A model generated the notes under the pieces. That model saw nothing but the letters and a program-made list of their open reading frames with translations, searched no databases and had not been told where the DNA came from. Source: Bacteroidota bacterium (GTDB lineage: Bacteria; Bacteroidota; Bacteroidia; Bacteroidales; FEN-979). From it: a stretch of 64,000 nt of DNA. Each line of letters opens with the position of its first letter. The first letter of the stretch is position 1. Where the stretch lies: contig JBAXIO010000006.1 in NCBI GenBank assembly GCA_037138335.1, forward strand, positions 81,790 through 145,789. The letters are read 5' to 3'. The translations under genes and the position numbers were made by a program. Shown piece by piece: positions 1-10,400 of the stretch.

Positions 1-1
1 A

Positions 2-2449
2 CCATCGAAATTTCCGCTCCTGCTCGCGATGGGGGTTGAAGGCATTGCCGTGGGACTGGCATCCAAGATCCTTCCCCATAATTTCAATGAACTCATAGAT
101 GCTTCCATAAAAATACTGCAGGACAAGGAATTTGAACTGTTCCCTGATTTCCTGACAGGGGGTATGATCGATGTCTCCAGGTATAACGACGGTTTACGGG
201 GAGGGAAACTGAGGGTGAGGGCCAGGATAGTTCAGGAGGATAAAAAAACGCTTAAAATAACAGAGATCCCTTTCGGAACTACAACCGGCTCAATTATTGA
301 TTCTATTCTTACTGCCAACGACAAAGGGAAGATCAAGATCCGGAAGATAGATGACAATACGGCTGAAAACGTAGAGGTGCTAATCCATCTTGCCCCCGGA
401 GTGTCGCCTGATACCACGATGGATGCCTTATATGCATTTACCGAATGCGAAGTTTCAATTTCTCCCAACTCATGCGTTATTCAGAACGGGAAACCTGTTT
501 TTATCGGTGTTTCAGAGATACTCAGGCATAACACCCGGCAAACAGTCGATCTCCTGAAACTTGAACTGACCATTAAACTTGAAGAGCTCAACGAGCAGCT
601 GCATTATTCCTCCCTTGAGAAGATATTCATTGAAAATGAGGTCTATGAAGGGATTAAGAAATGCAGGACCGATGAGGAAATCGATACAGCAATCCGAAAA
701 GGGCTGAAACCATTTGCAAAACAGATCATCAGGGCTGTAAACGACGATGATATCAGGCGGCTCAGGAAGATCCCCATCGAACGTATCTCCAAATTCAATT
801 CAGCCAAAGCTGATGAGGTGATGAAGGGCATCAGGCTCGATATGGAAGAAGTGCAAAACCATCTCGACCATCTTATCGATTATGCCATTGAATACTACCG
901 GCAGATCCGGAAAAAATACGGCAGGAACCGTGACCGTAAAACCGAAATACGGAATTTCGAGGTTATCGAGGCCGTCAAGGTTGCTGCTGCCAACGAGAAA
1001 CTTTATGTAAACCGTGAAGAAGGATTTGCAGGCACCGGTTTGCGCAAGGATGAATTTGTTTGCGATTGCTCCGATATTGACGATATCATAGTGTTCAGGG
1101 ACGATGGTACTTTTATCGTGACAAAAGTGGCCGAAAAGGTCTTCGTTGGGCAGAACGTTACCTATATCAATGTCTTCCAGAAGAACGACAGCCGTACGGT
1201 ATACAACGTGATCTACCGCGACGGCAAGAACGGGAAGATCATGGTAAAAAGGTTCAGCGTGCTGGGGGTTACCCGCGATAAGGAATATGCTTCCACTAAA
1301 GGCACGGCCGGCTCAAAGATGCTCTATTTCACTGCAAACCCCAACGGGGAGGCTGAGGTGGTGAGAGTGGAACTGAAACCCAAGCCCAGGCTTAAAAAAA
1401 CTTCCTTTGACTTTGATTTTACCAGCATTTCAATCAAGGGGAGGAATTCCATGGGGAATACCCTGACGAAATACGCAGTGCGGAAGATCGAGATCAGGCA
1501 GGAAGGTGTTTCAACACTGGGCTCCCTTAACATCTGGTATGACGATACAGTGCAGCGCCTGAACACCGAAGGCCGCGGCCTGCTGCTGGGGGCATTCGAG
1601 GGTGCCGACCGTATCCTCACGGTGATGCAAAGCGGTTCGTACAAACTGACATCCTTCGACCTGTCGGCACATTTCGAAGAGGATATGATACTGATCGAAA
1701 AGTATGACCCGTCAAGGGTCTTTACATCAATCTACCAGGAAACGGCTACCAGGCAGTATTATATTAAGCGCTTCACTGTTGAACTTACCGAGAAAAAAGT
1801 TGAATTTGTTGAGCCAGGAGACAAAATGGTACTGTTCACGTTTGAAAAGTATCCCCAGCTGGAGATGCTGTTCGATATGAAGCTGAAAACCAAAGGAACT
1901 GAATCGGAAATTATCTCTGTTCATGAATTCATAGGCATAAAGGGAGTCAAAGCGAAAGGCAGGAAACTTACCTTGTATCCTGTGAAAAAGATAGACTGGC
2001 TGGAACCACTTCAGATTACTGAGCCTGAGATCCCGGCAGAGGGATCCGACGGGCAGGGAACTCAGGATGAACATGCCCTTGAGCCGGCCATTGAACTTCC
2101 GCTGGCTGTAACCGTAGAAACTGCAGAATCTCAGGAGATCCTGAATACGGCCAGTGCCGGTGAAAGTCCTGCTAAAGTGAAAAAGCCATCCGCAAAACAA
2201 AAAACCGAAAAGAAATCCTTACCAGGGAACAAACCCGAAGACAGACCTTCACAAGACCAGGTTTCAGGAGAAGAACCTAAAGCTGAACCCAGGCTTAAAC
2301 CGGGGCCCAGACCCAAAGCGGGCATAAAACCCAAACCTGAACCTGAACCGGGAACCAGTTCTGGTATACAAGAAAAGCCAGCCCCGAAAAAGACAGGCAG
2401 GAAGAAATCCAAGGAAGAACCTGAAGGAGAACAAATGGAACTGTTTTAA
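2..2449 (+). CDS. parC: DNA topoisomerase IV subunit A (ParC-type type IIA topoisomerase A subunit), 5' end cut by window edge
   Basis: The frame is open from nt 2 with no start in the window. FPLLLAMGVEGIAVGLASKILPHNFNELIDA matches the GyrA/ParC core, and the ILPHNF variant fits Bacteroidota ParC better than GyrA. The gene ends in a K/P/E-rich low-complexity tail of about 140 aa. Confidence 0.85.
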   Translation, partial: PSKFPLLLAMGVEGIAVGLASKILPHNFNELIDASIKILQDKEFELFPDFLTGGMIDVSRYNDGLRGGKLRVRARIVQEDKKTLKITEIPFGTTTGSIIDSILTANDKGKIKIRKIDDNTAENVEVLIHLAPGVSPDTTMDALYAFTECEVSISPNSCVIQNGKPVFIGVSEILRHNTRQTVDLLKLELTIKLEELNEQLHYSSLEKIFIENEVYEGIKKCRTDEEIDTAIRKGLKPFAKQIIRAVNDDDIRRLRKIPIERISKFNSAKADEVMKGIRLDMEEVQNHLDHLIDYAIEYYRQIRKKYGRNRDRKTEIRNFEVIEAVKVAAANEKLYVNREEGFAGTGLRKDEFVCDCSDIDDIIVFRDDGTFIVTKVAEKVFVGQNVTYINVFQKNDSRTVYNVIYRDGKNGKIMVKRFSVLGVTRDKEYASTKGTAGSKMLYFTANPNGEAEVVRVELKPKPRLKKTSFDFDFTSISIKGRNSMGNTLTKYAVRKIEIRQEGVSTLGSLNIWYDDTVQRLNTEGRGLLLGAFEGADRILTVMQSGSYKLTSFDLSAHFEEDMILIEKYDPSRVFTSIYQETATRQYYIKRFTVELTEKKVEFVEPGDKMVLFTFEKYPQLEMLFDMKLKTKGTESEIISVHEFIGIKGVKAKGRKLTLYPVKKIDWLEPLQITEPEIPAEGSDGQGTQDEHALEPAIELPLAVTVETAESQEILNTASAGESPAKVKKPSAKQKTEKKSLPGNKPEDRPSQDQVSGEEPKAEPRLKPGPRPKAGIKPKPEPEPGTSSGIQEKPAPKKTGRKKSKEEPEGEQMELF

Positions 2450-2454
2450 TTTTG
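2447..2454 (+). promoter_or_regulatory. Bacteroidota sigma-A -7 box TAATTTTG upstream of flavodiiron gene
   Basis: Perfect TAnnTTTG, 34 nt before ATG 2488. It overlaps the parC stop codon. Confidence 0.5.
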
Positions 2455-2487
2455 CAGGCAGTACCGGTCCAAAATCAAAATCTTACT

Positions 2488-3696
2488 ATGAACGACAATA
2501 AAATACTTGCTCTTACCGACGATGTTTCCTGGATAGGTGTTCTTGACCGTGATATTGTGACTTTCGATGTGGTCATGGAAACGAAATACGGAACTACCTA
2601 CAATTCCTATTTCATCAACGCCGGAAAAAAAGTTGTTATTGAAACTGTCAAGGAAGGTTTCTGGGAGGTTTATCTCAGTAAACTCACCTCATTGGTTGAC
2701 CCTGCTGAGATTGATTATATTGTAATGGATCATACCGAACCCGACCATTCGGGATGCCTTGCAAAACTCCTGGCAATTGCGCCGAAAGCAAAGGTCGTCG
2801 GAAGCGGCAACGCTATCCGCTACCTGAAGGACCTTCTTGGTTTTGAATTCCCGCATCTGACAGTGAAAGATGGCCATACCCTGGACATTGGCAATAAAAC
2901 CCTGAAATTCATTGCGGCTGCAAACCTGCACTGGCCCGATTCGATCATGACATACCTGGTCGAAGAAAAAATTCTTTTTACCTGCGACATTTTCGGGGAA
3001 CATTTCTGCAATGAAAATATGTTTGATGATGAGGTTCCCGATTTCAGCGATGCATTCAGGTATTATTTCGACGTGATCATGAAGCCATACAGCCGGTTCA
3101 TGCTCCAGGCCATTGAACGTATGCGACACCTTGACATCAGCATGATCGCACCCGGCCACGGTATGATCCTCAGAAAGGACTGGAAGCGCTGGGTTGATGT
3201 AACCGTTGAATATTGCAAGGAATACCTGAGAAATCCATACCGGAATAAGGTTTTCCTCGGGTATGTTTCTGCATACCATAATACGGGGCTGATTGCTGAA
3301 AAATTAGCAGAAGGCATCCGTTCAGCAGGGGGTATCGATGTGGACCTCTGTAATATCGAATACATGGATCTTCAGACGATAGAGCAGAAACTGATGCAGA
3401 GTTCCGGCATCGTGCTGGGTTGCCCGACCTTCAGCCAGAATATTTTACTCCCGGTATACCAGGTCTTCGCTGCGATTAACCCCATCAGGGACAGGGGGAA
3501 GCTCGCTGCGGTATTCGGATCCTACGGATGGAGCGGGGAAGGAGCAAAGATCATGACCTCGGCCCTGGTCAATCTTAAACTGAATGTAATCGATGAAGGG
3601 CTGATGATTAAATTTACTCCCCATGCCGAAACCTTGCAGAAGTGCTTTGATTATGGCAAGGCATACGGGGAAAAATTCATCCGCAAGGAACAGTAG
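2488..3696 (+). CDS. Flavodiiron protein (FprA family; metallo-beta-lactamase-like diiron domain + flavodoxin-like domain)
   Basis: The diiron motif DHTEPDHSG (HxExDH) is present, and the C-terminal third is flavodoxin-like (KVFLGYVSAYHNTG...GCPTF). I prefer ATG 2488 (MNDNKIL) over the TTG 2452 used by the ORF track. Confidence 0.85.
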   Translation: MNDNKILALTDDVSWIGVLDRDIVTFDVVMETKYGTTYNSYFINAGKKVVIETVKEGFWEVYLSKLTSLVDPAEIDYIVMDHTEPDHSGCLAKLLAIAPKAKVVGSGNAIRYLKDLLGFEFPHLTVKDGHTLDIGNKTLKFIAAANLHWPDSIMTYLVEEKILFTCDIFGEHFCNENMFDDEVPDFSDAFRYYFDVIMKPYSRFMLQAIERMRHLDISMIAPGHGMILRKDWKRWVDVTVEYCKEYLRNPYRNKVFLGYVSAYHNTGLIAEKLAEGIRSAGGIDVDLCNIEYMDLQTIEQKLMQSSGIVLGCPTFSQNILLPVYQVFAAINPIRDRGKLAAVFGSYGWSGEGAKIMTSALVNLKLNVIDEGLMIKFTPHAETLQKCFDYGKAYGEKFIRKEQ

Positions 3697-3713
3697 AAAT
3701 TAAACACGTCCTC

Positions 3714-5456
3714 TTGAAAAAGGAAAGTTTCGCTTATCCGGCCCTGATAATTATAGCAGGTATTGCGGCTTATTCAAATTCTTTCTGTTGTTCTTTCCAT
3801 TTTGATGACTTTCCCAATATTGTCTCCAATTCTGCCATTTGGGAACTTTCAGACTGGAGAGCCTGGATGCTCTTTAATCCATACAGGCCGGTTGCATTTT
3901 TCACGTTTGCGCTGAATTATCATTTTGGCTTGCTTGACGTATTTGGCTACCATCTTGTAAACCTTGGCATACACCTCCTCAATGCCTTATTGTTATGGGA
4001 ACTTATCAGGCTGATGTTCAGTTCACCATACCTGGCCAAACACCCTCTTTCAGCTTCAGCCGGGAACATCGCTTTTTTCACGGCCCTGATTTTTGCCGTA
4101 CATCCCCTGATGACAGAATCGGTTACCTATATTGTTCAAAGGCTTGTGAGCCTTGCTTCCATGTTCTGCCTGCTTTCACTGTTGCTGTTCACAAAAGGGC
4201 TGTTATCCCCCCGGACCTCCCGCCGTATCGGTTTCCTCCTTGGTGCGGGCTTTTCGGCCTTACTGGGTTTTTTTACCAAGGAAATCGCATGGACCTTGCC
4301 CCTGCTGATGCTGATTCTGTACTTTTTCTTTTTCTTCAGGGCGGATGAATCAAGGCGGCGCCCCGGCCGGGTCCTGCTCATTGCAATGTTTGGCTTTCTT
4401 ATCTTACTGGCAGGGGCTGCCATTGGATCAGGAAAATACTTTCACCTGATCCCGCCCCGCGAAGGGCATCCTTATTTCATAACCCCTGCCAGGTATTATT
4501 ACACCCAGATTAACGTGATATTCACTTACCTCCGGCTTATTTTCCTGCCTGTAAACCAAACACTGGATTATAATTATCCGGTAACGCTCAGCCTGGCCAA
4601 TCCTCACGTACTGGTAAAACTTGCGGGTCTTGTCATCCTGATATCGGCGGCAGCCTGGCTTTATAAAAGGGAAAGGCTGGTCTCCTTCGGCTTGTCCTGG
4701 TTTTTTATCACAATTGCGCCACAATGCCTGGTGCCACGTTCGAATTTTATTTTTGAACACAGGGTTTATTTAAGCGCCGCCGGGATTATCCTGGCCTGGG
4801 TCCTGCTGTTTTATTATCTTTTCGGAAGGGTCATCCTGGTAAAAAGATCTTTCCTGCCCGGCATGCCGGCCCGCGGGCAGGTTGTTTTAAGCCTTGCCAG
4901 CCTCCTGTTGCTTTTGCAGTGTGGCGTTCTTGGATGGATGACCCGGGAGAGGAATAAAGTGTGGACGGATGAATATACCCTCTGGAGTGATTGCCTTAGT
5001 AAAGCCCCTGGCAGCGCCCGTGCCATGGTCAACCTGGGCGGCGAACAGGTGGGCCGGCAGGAATATGCGCAGGCGATCAGTAATTTTAGCCGGGCGATCA
5101 TGATTTTTCCTTTATATATGCAGGCATGGAGCAGCAGGGCGGCTGCCAGGATCGACCTTGGAGATAATGAAAAGGCTGTTGAGGAACTGAATTTTGCGCT
5201 GCTCCAGATCCCTGGTTTTGCTGATGCTTACATCAACAGGGGCATTGCTTTTCGTAATTTAAAACAGTTTGATGCCTCGGTCAGTGACTTTACCACTGCA
5301 ATTTCATTAAAACCAATCAGCTCTGATATTTACTTCCAAAGGGCTTTAAGTTTCTGGATGGCAGGGCGTAATGAAGCTGCCTTGAAAGATTTTATGCTGG
5401 CAGCATCAATGAAAAACCAGGATGCGATCGGTTTCCTTCAGAAAAACCTTCGATAA
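3714..5456 (+). CDS. TMTC/PMT-like polytopic membrane protein with C-terminal TPR repeats (putative GT-C glycosyltransferase)
   Basis: The N-terminal FHFDDFPNIVSN motif is typical of TMTC-like proteins. It is followed by about 10 hydrophobic segments and a C-terminal TPR-like region of about 150 aa (AYINRGIAFRNLKQFDASVSDFTTAISLKP). TTG start. Confidence 0.7.
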   Translation: MKKESFAYPALIIIAGIAAYSNSFCCSFHFDDFPNIVSNSAIWELSDWRAWMLFNPYRPVAFFTFALNYHFGLLDVFGYHLVNLGIHLLNALLLWELIRLMFSSPYLAKHPLSASAGNIAFFTALIFAVHPLMTESVTYIVQRLVSLASMFCLLSLLLFTKGLLSPRTSRRIGFLLGAGFSALLGFFTKEIAWTLPLLMLILYFFFFFRADESRRRPGRVLLIAMFGFLILLAGAAIGSGKYFHLIPPREGHPYFITPARYYYTQINVIFTYLRLIFLPVNQTLDYNYPVTLSLANPHVLVKLAGLVILISAAAWLYKRERLVSFGLSWFFITIAPQCLVPRSNFIFEHRVYLSAAGIILAWVLLFYYLFGRVILVKRSFLPGMPARGQVVLSLASLLLLLQCGVLGWMTRERNKVWTDEYTLWSDCLSKAPGSARAMVNLGGEQVGRQEYAQAISNFSRAIMIFPLYMQAWSSRAAARIDLGDNEKAVEELNFALLQIPGFADAYINRGIAFRNLKQFDASVSDFTTAISLKPISSDIYFQRALSFWMAGRNEAALKDFMLAASMKNQDAIGFLQKNLR

Positions 5457-5500
5457 TATTTTTACGGCATAATATTTGTAAGAAAGAGTAGTTTTGTATT

Positions 5501-6343
5501 ATGATGTCTATGATAAAAAGCCTTACATATTTTCTGGGGTTTAGCCTGCTGTTTCTTGCTTCGTGTTTGCCGGAGCAGAAACTTGCACAGGATTTTGTGA
5601 AAAGCGGCCCCAGGATCAGGCTGATGGTAACACCTCCTGATTATATATACAAATACAATCACAAGGGTGAGGATATCGACGGTTTTGATCAAATGACCCC
5701 CAAGCAGCAGGATTCAGCCCTGTTTTACAGCAGCCTCTTTATACAAAGGATCAGCGATTCCGCCCTGCTGGAAGATTATGTGAACCAGTTCATTGCTGCA
5801 TTAAGAAAAGCCAATTTCGAAGTTTACCTGCCCGACCAGGCTGATTCATTTCTAAGTGAACAGGCGCAGGCATATATGCTTAACATAAGCCAGATCCAGC
5901 TTGACGAGTACACTTACCCCCTCGAGGATAAGGAGCCTATAAATGATACGGTTTATTACAGGAAATTCAATCTGAATGCTATGGATTTCAGCGTTTGGTT
6001 TGAACTCAGTAAAGTCAATGCAACAAAGCCCAAAAAGACTGTTTTATATGATTCCCAGTCGGCATACGACAGTTTTGACGGTAATTTCATTGTTGATCCC
6101 TGGACAAACTCGGTCAGGTATAAATACCATATAGATACACTGTCGTTAAGCAACATATACGAAATGGCCGGTTATCTTGGAAAGAAGCATGGGGAATACC
6201 TGTTTGACTTTTTTATGAACCAGTGGGTGGCATTCAACTTACCACAAAACCAGTACGGCTCATACTACTATCATTACAACCGACAGAGGAAAATGATGGA
6301 AGCCACCGATGAGGACCGCTTTCAGCTTCTTAACGACAGGTAA
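5501..6343 (+). CDS. Hypothetical lipoprotein
   Basis: Signal peptide with lipobox (LLFLASC). No family motif recognised. Confidence 0.6.
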   Translation: MMSMIKSLTYFLGFSLLFLASCLPEQKLAQDFVKSGPRIRLMVTPPDYIYKYNHKGEDIDGFDQMTPKQQDSALFYSSLFIQRISDSALLEDYVNQFIAALRKANFEVYLPDQADSFLSEQAQAYMLNISQIQLDEYTYPLEDKEPINDTVYYRKFNLNAMDFSVWFELSKVNATKPKKTVLYDSQSAYDSFDGNFIVDPWTNSVRYKYHIDTLSLSNIYEMAGYLGKKHGEYLFDFFMNQWVAFNLPQNQYGSYYYHYNRQRKMMEATDEDRFQLLNDR

Positions 6344-6346
6344 TGA

Positions 6347-7366
6347 TCAGAAACTGCTCCTTGCATAAGGTGCATGCGACTGGCTGGAAAATTCCTTTTT
6401 CAAGTATTTAAAATAGCCTGTGACCGCAATCATCGCGGCATTATCGGTTGTGTAAGCCAGAGGTGGTATGTATATGTTCCATCCCTTTTCATGCTTCAGG
6501 TCGGCCAGCCTTGATCTTAATCCAGAATTTGCCGAAACGCCACCTGCGATGGCTATTTCACGAATACCGGTCTCTCCGGCTGCTTTTTCCAGCCTTAACA
6601 GGAGAATATCAAGAATCGTTCTCTGAATGGAAGCGCAGAGGTCGGCCTTATTTTTCTCAATGAAGTTTTCATCCAGTTTCAACTGATCCCTCAGGAAGTA
6701 CAATATGGACGTCTTTAAGCCACTGAAGCTGAAATCAAGGCCGGGAATATTTGGTTTCGCAAAGCTGAAACGCATGGGATCCCCTTTGCTTGCAAGAGTG
6801 TCCACAACAGGGCCGCCGGGATAAGGGAGCCCCATAATCTTGGCGGCCTTGTCAAAAGTCTCGCCGGCAGCATCATCGATGGTCTGGCCAATAATATGCA
6901 TATCAAAATGATCCCTCACCAAAACTATCTGGGTATGCCCTCCCGAGACCGTCAGGCAAAGAAAAGGGAAAGAAGGAACAGGATTCGACCTGGTTGTGTT
7001 ACGGATAAAATGCGCCAAAATATGGGCCTGTAGATGGTTGACCTCAATGAGGGGGATGTTAAGCCCCATAGCTAATGCCTTCGAAAATGAAGCTCCCACA
7101 AGAAGGGACCCGAGCAATCCGGGCCCCCTGGTATAGGCAACGGCAGAAAGCTGATTTTTACCTATATTTGCTTTTTGCAGTGCGGCATGTATCACCGGTA
7201 TGATATTCTGCTGGTGGGCACGGGATGCAAGCTCGGGAACCACGCCACCGAACGAGGCATGGATGTCCTGGTTTGCGGTGATGTTTGACAGAATGACATC
7301 ATCGGCAATCAAAGCAGCAGCCGTGTCGTCACAGGAAGATTCAATACCAAGTATGTATACAGGCAT
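6347..7366 (-). CDS. tsaD: tRNA N6-adenosine threonylcarbamoyltransferase TsaD
   Basis: ILGIESSCDDTAAA and GGVSANS are Kae1/TsaD hallmarks. The start is trimmed to ATG 7366 (MPVYILGIESS), because the 16-aa upstream extension is not family-like. Confidence 0.9.
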   Translation of the reverse strand: MPVYILGIESSCDDTAAALIADDVILSNITANQDIHASFGGVVPELASRAHQQNIIPVIHAALQKANIGKNQLSAVAYTRGPGLLGSLLVGASFSKALAMGLNIPLIEVNHLQAHILAHFIRNTTRSNPVPSFPFLCLTVSGGHTQIVLVRDHFDMHIIGQTIDDAAGETFDKAAKIMGLPYPGGPVVDTLASKGDPMRFSFAKPNIPGLDFSFSGLKTSILYFLRDQLKLDENFIEKNKADLCASIQRTILDILLLRLEKAAGETGIREIAIAGGVSANSGLRSRLADLKHEKGWNIYIPPLAYTTDNAAMIAVTGYFKYLKKEFSSQSHAPYARSSF

Positions 7367-7430
7367 TTTGAAAATTATATTCCGGGGATGCCCCGGCTCA
7401 GCGCTATGGGGCAATCCTGGAAAAACAAAG

Positions 7431-7438
7431 CAAAAGTA
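7431..7438 (-). promoter_or_regulatory. -7 box TACTTTTG (minus strand) upstream of tsaD
   Basis: CAAAAGTA on the plus strand is a perfect TAnnTTTG on the minus strand, 65 nt upstream of the tsaD ATG. Confidence 0.4.
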
Positions 7439-7476
7439 CCATAAAAACGCTGATCAAAATATTTGTCTTTGCCTGC

Positions 7477-10400
7477 GTGATCATTTTTTCACTCGCTTTC
7501 ACGCTATGGTCGGTGGTCCGCAGCCCGGGAGTTCAAACCCTGGTCGTAAGGATAGCTGCAGCTTATTTATCCAGGGAATGGAAAACTGAAGTGCGGATCA
7601 GGAGTTTTAGCCTGAACCCCTGGGACGGTCTTGTGATCAATGATATAAGCATAAAAGACCGTAAGGGCGAATATGCCTTGAATGCAAAAGAGCTTTCTAT
7701 ACGCCCGGGGCTCATGCAGTTTAAAAAACACAGGATAAATATTGACAAAGTATTTGTAGACCGCGGGATAGTCCAGCTGCTCGTACACAAAGGCGATACT
7801 TCCCTGAACATCCAGCCTTTCATTGATTATTTTGCAACAAAAGATACAACCCGTAAACCCGATACCGTAAAAGGCAAGCCCTGGGACCTTACCGTTTCCA
7901 ATGTCATTATGAATTCCACCAGGTTCCATCTTGAAAATATGAACACCGAGAGGACCCCTGTCGGCATGGATTATGCTAATATAGATGTGAGCGACATCAA
8001 TCTTCACCTTACCGACCTTCGCTTTGATGCAGATACAATCCGTGCCAATATCAAGGACCTGTCGGCAAAAGAACGCTGCGGTTTTCATGTACAGCACCTT
8101 AGCGGGGAATTCCATGTCAGCCCGGGCTTCCTTAAAGCCAATCACCTGAAAGTACTTACCGACAACTCAGACCTGTCATTAAGTTTTGCTTTCCTTTATC
8201 CCTCCTGGGGCGCCTATAACGATTTCCTGAATGCCATCACCATAAAGGCAGATATTTCCCCAACCTACCTCGACCTTGCGGATATCGGTTTTTTTGCCCC
8301 GGATATCCGCAGGATGAAAGACCGCTTCAGGTTTGAAGGAAAAATAGACGGAACGGTCAGTAACTTCAGGGCCAGGGATTTCAGGATCGCCTATGGCACG
8401 AATACTTATTTTTGGGGTAATGTGAGGGCGTTTGGCCTTCCCAATGTTGAAGAGACCTTCGTTGACCTGGCCGTTAAAACAATGACCACCAACAAGCAGG
8501 ATATAGAATCGTTCCTGCTTCCGAATGCCGAGGATAGCATTAAATTGCCCGGGATCCTGGCTAATATAGGGGTTCTTAGTTTTACCGGGAACTTCACCGG
8601 TTATTACAACGACTTTGTTTCCAATGCACTGTTCAGGACCAACCTGGGTAGTGTGCGTACCGACCTGATCATGCACCGCACCCGCGATGAATACAAGCTT
8701 TCTTACCAGGGGCAGCTCGACGTTACAGGGTTTGATATCGGTAAACTCATAGGCGACACTGCGTCTATCGGGGTTACTACCTTCAGGGGGGAGATCAAAG
8801 GCAAAGGCCTGAGTTCTGCAAACGCGGATGTTGAATTGAACATACATGTTGATTCAACTCGGCTGTTGAAGTACAATTATCATAAACTCGATCTGAGGGG
8901 CCTTTTGTTCGATAAACGCTTCACCGGCTACCTCGATATTGCCGACACCAACCTCGCATTGAGCTTCGTAGGGATGATGAATTTCTCTGATTCCATCCCG
9001 GGATTTGATTTTAGCGCTGAAATAAAACATGCCCAGCTGTTCAACCTTGGATTCCTGCACCGCGACAGTACAGAGATCATCGCCAGTTTGATCAAGGCGA
9101 ATTTCACCGGTAACAAGCTTGATAATATTAACGGGTACATCGGACTTGAAAATACCAATTACGTGGAAGGCAACAAGTCGATTCATATGAAAAAACTGAT
9201 GCTCACAAATGCCATAAATGAAAAGGGGGATAAATCATATCATTTGAAATCAGATTTTGTGGATGCCGACATGAGCGGTAATTTCAGCTTCAAACAGGTT
9301 GTTCCATCCCTGTATACTTTTATTAAAAACTACCTGGCTTCGTTTTACCTTAAAGACTCGGTCAAGTATGAGGCCCTGGTCACATCAGGCCAGGTATTGA
9401 AATGCAATGTGAGATTCAAGAACACAGATCAGTTGACCAATATTTTTATCCCCTTTCTGAAAGTTTCGGAAAATGCAACCCTGGAAGGTTCCTATGATGA
9501 GCTGAAAGGCCTGTTATCGCTGAAAGGAAATGCTCCATTCATCGATGTGTCGGGTATTTATATCCCGAACTGGTATGTCGATGCCCAGACCAGCAGCAGG
9601 GAGTTAACACTGAACACCGGTTCAGATGCCGTTTACTTTAAAAAAGCTTCAAAAAACGACAGTATTGAGGTTAAGCTTGACACCTTTAATCTCAGGTCCC
9701 ACATCCATCATGATACCATACTGTATGCCTTTTCATGGACCGAGGCGGGGCGCCTGAGTGGTTTTGACGGATACGTGAGTTTCCTGAACAATCCGAAGAC
9801 CGAGATCAAGATCACCAATATGGGCGTTTTGTTAAATAACCGCGAATGGACCGTTGACCGGGAGAATTATATAACCATCGATACCAACCTGATCGATATT
9901 CACCGTTTGTTTTTCACTACGGCCGAGCAGTTCATGAGGGCCGACGGTATCGTCTCGGCGAGGCCGCAGGATACCCTGTCACTCTCTTTTAATCAAGTGG
10001 ACATCTCTCCCCTCGACAGGCTTACAGGGAGCACAGCCATTGACGTTGAAGGAATGCTCAGCGGGAAAGTGAAACTGACAAATGTATACAAGGACATAAG
10101 GTTGCTCTCAGATCTGAGGCTTGACAAATTCAAATTCAACAAGGAGCTTTTAGGCGATGCAATCCTGAATGTGAATTACGTTAAAGCCGACAACCGGTTT
10201 GATGTAAGGTCCCGCATTGAATATACAGGCAATGTCGGGAAAAACATTCCGTTCGACCTGAGCGGGAGCTTTTATGCCGGGAAAACACCCCGCCTTGATT
10301 TTACCCTTGACCTGAAGAACCTGAACCTGAAAATGCTGCAGCCGTTTGTGAAGAGCTTTATGTCGGGTCTTAACGGCTGGGCATCGGGACATGCAACCAT

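Noticed and set aside
2689-3279. 196-aa antisense ORF inside the flavodiiron gene, plus similar antisense or alternate-frame ORFs at 7567-8145, 8179-8847, 21912-22478, 42295-42759, 43791-44267, 44381-44824 and 60844-61380
   Set aside because: All are fully embedded opposite to, or out of frame with, ORFs that have strong family signatures. None has start context or motifs of its own.
7372-7476. Upstream in-frame extension of tamB that would complete an N-terminal TM helix (…KTLIKIFVFAC-VIIFSLAF…)
   Set aside because: The frame is open from 7372 but contains no ATG, GTG or TTG. A near-match -7 box (AATATTTG, 7458-7465) fits the GTG 7477 start. It is therefore left as start uncertainty rather than a claim of a non-canonical start or a frameshift.
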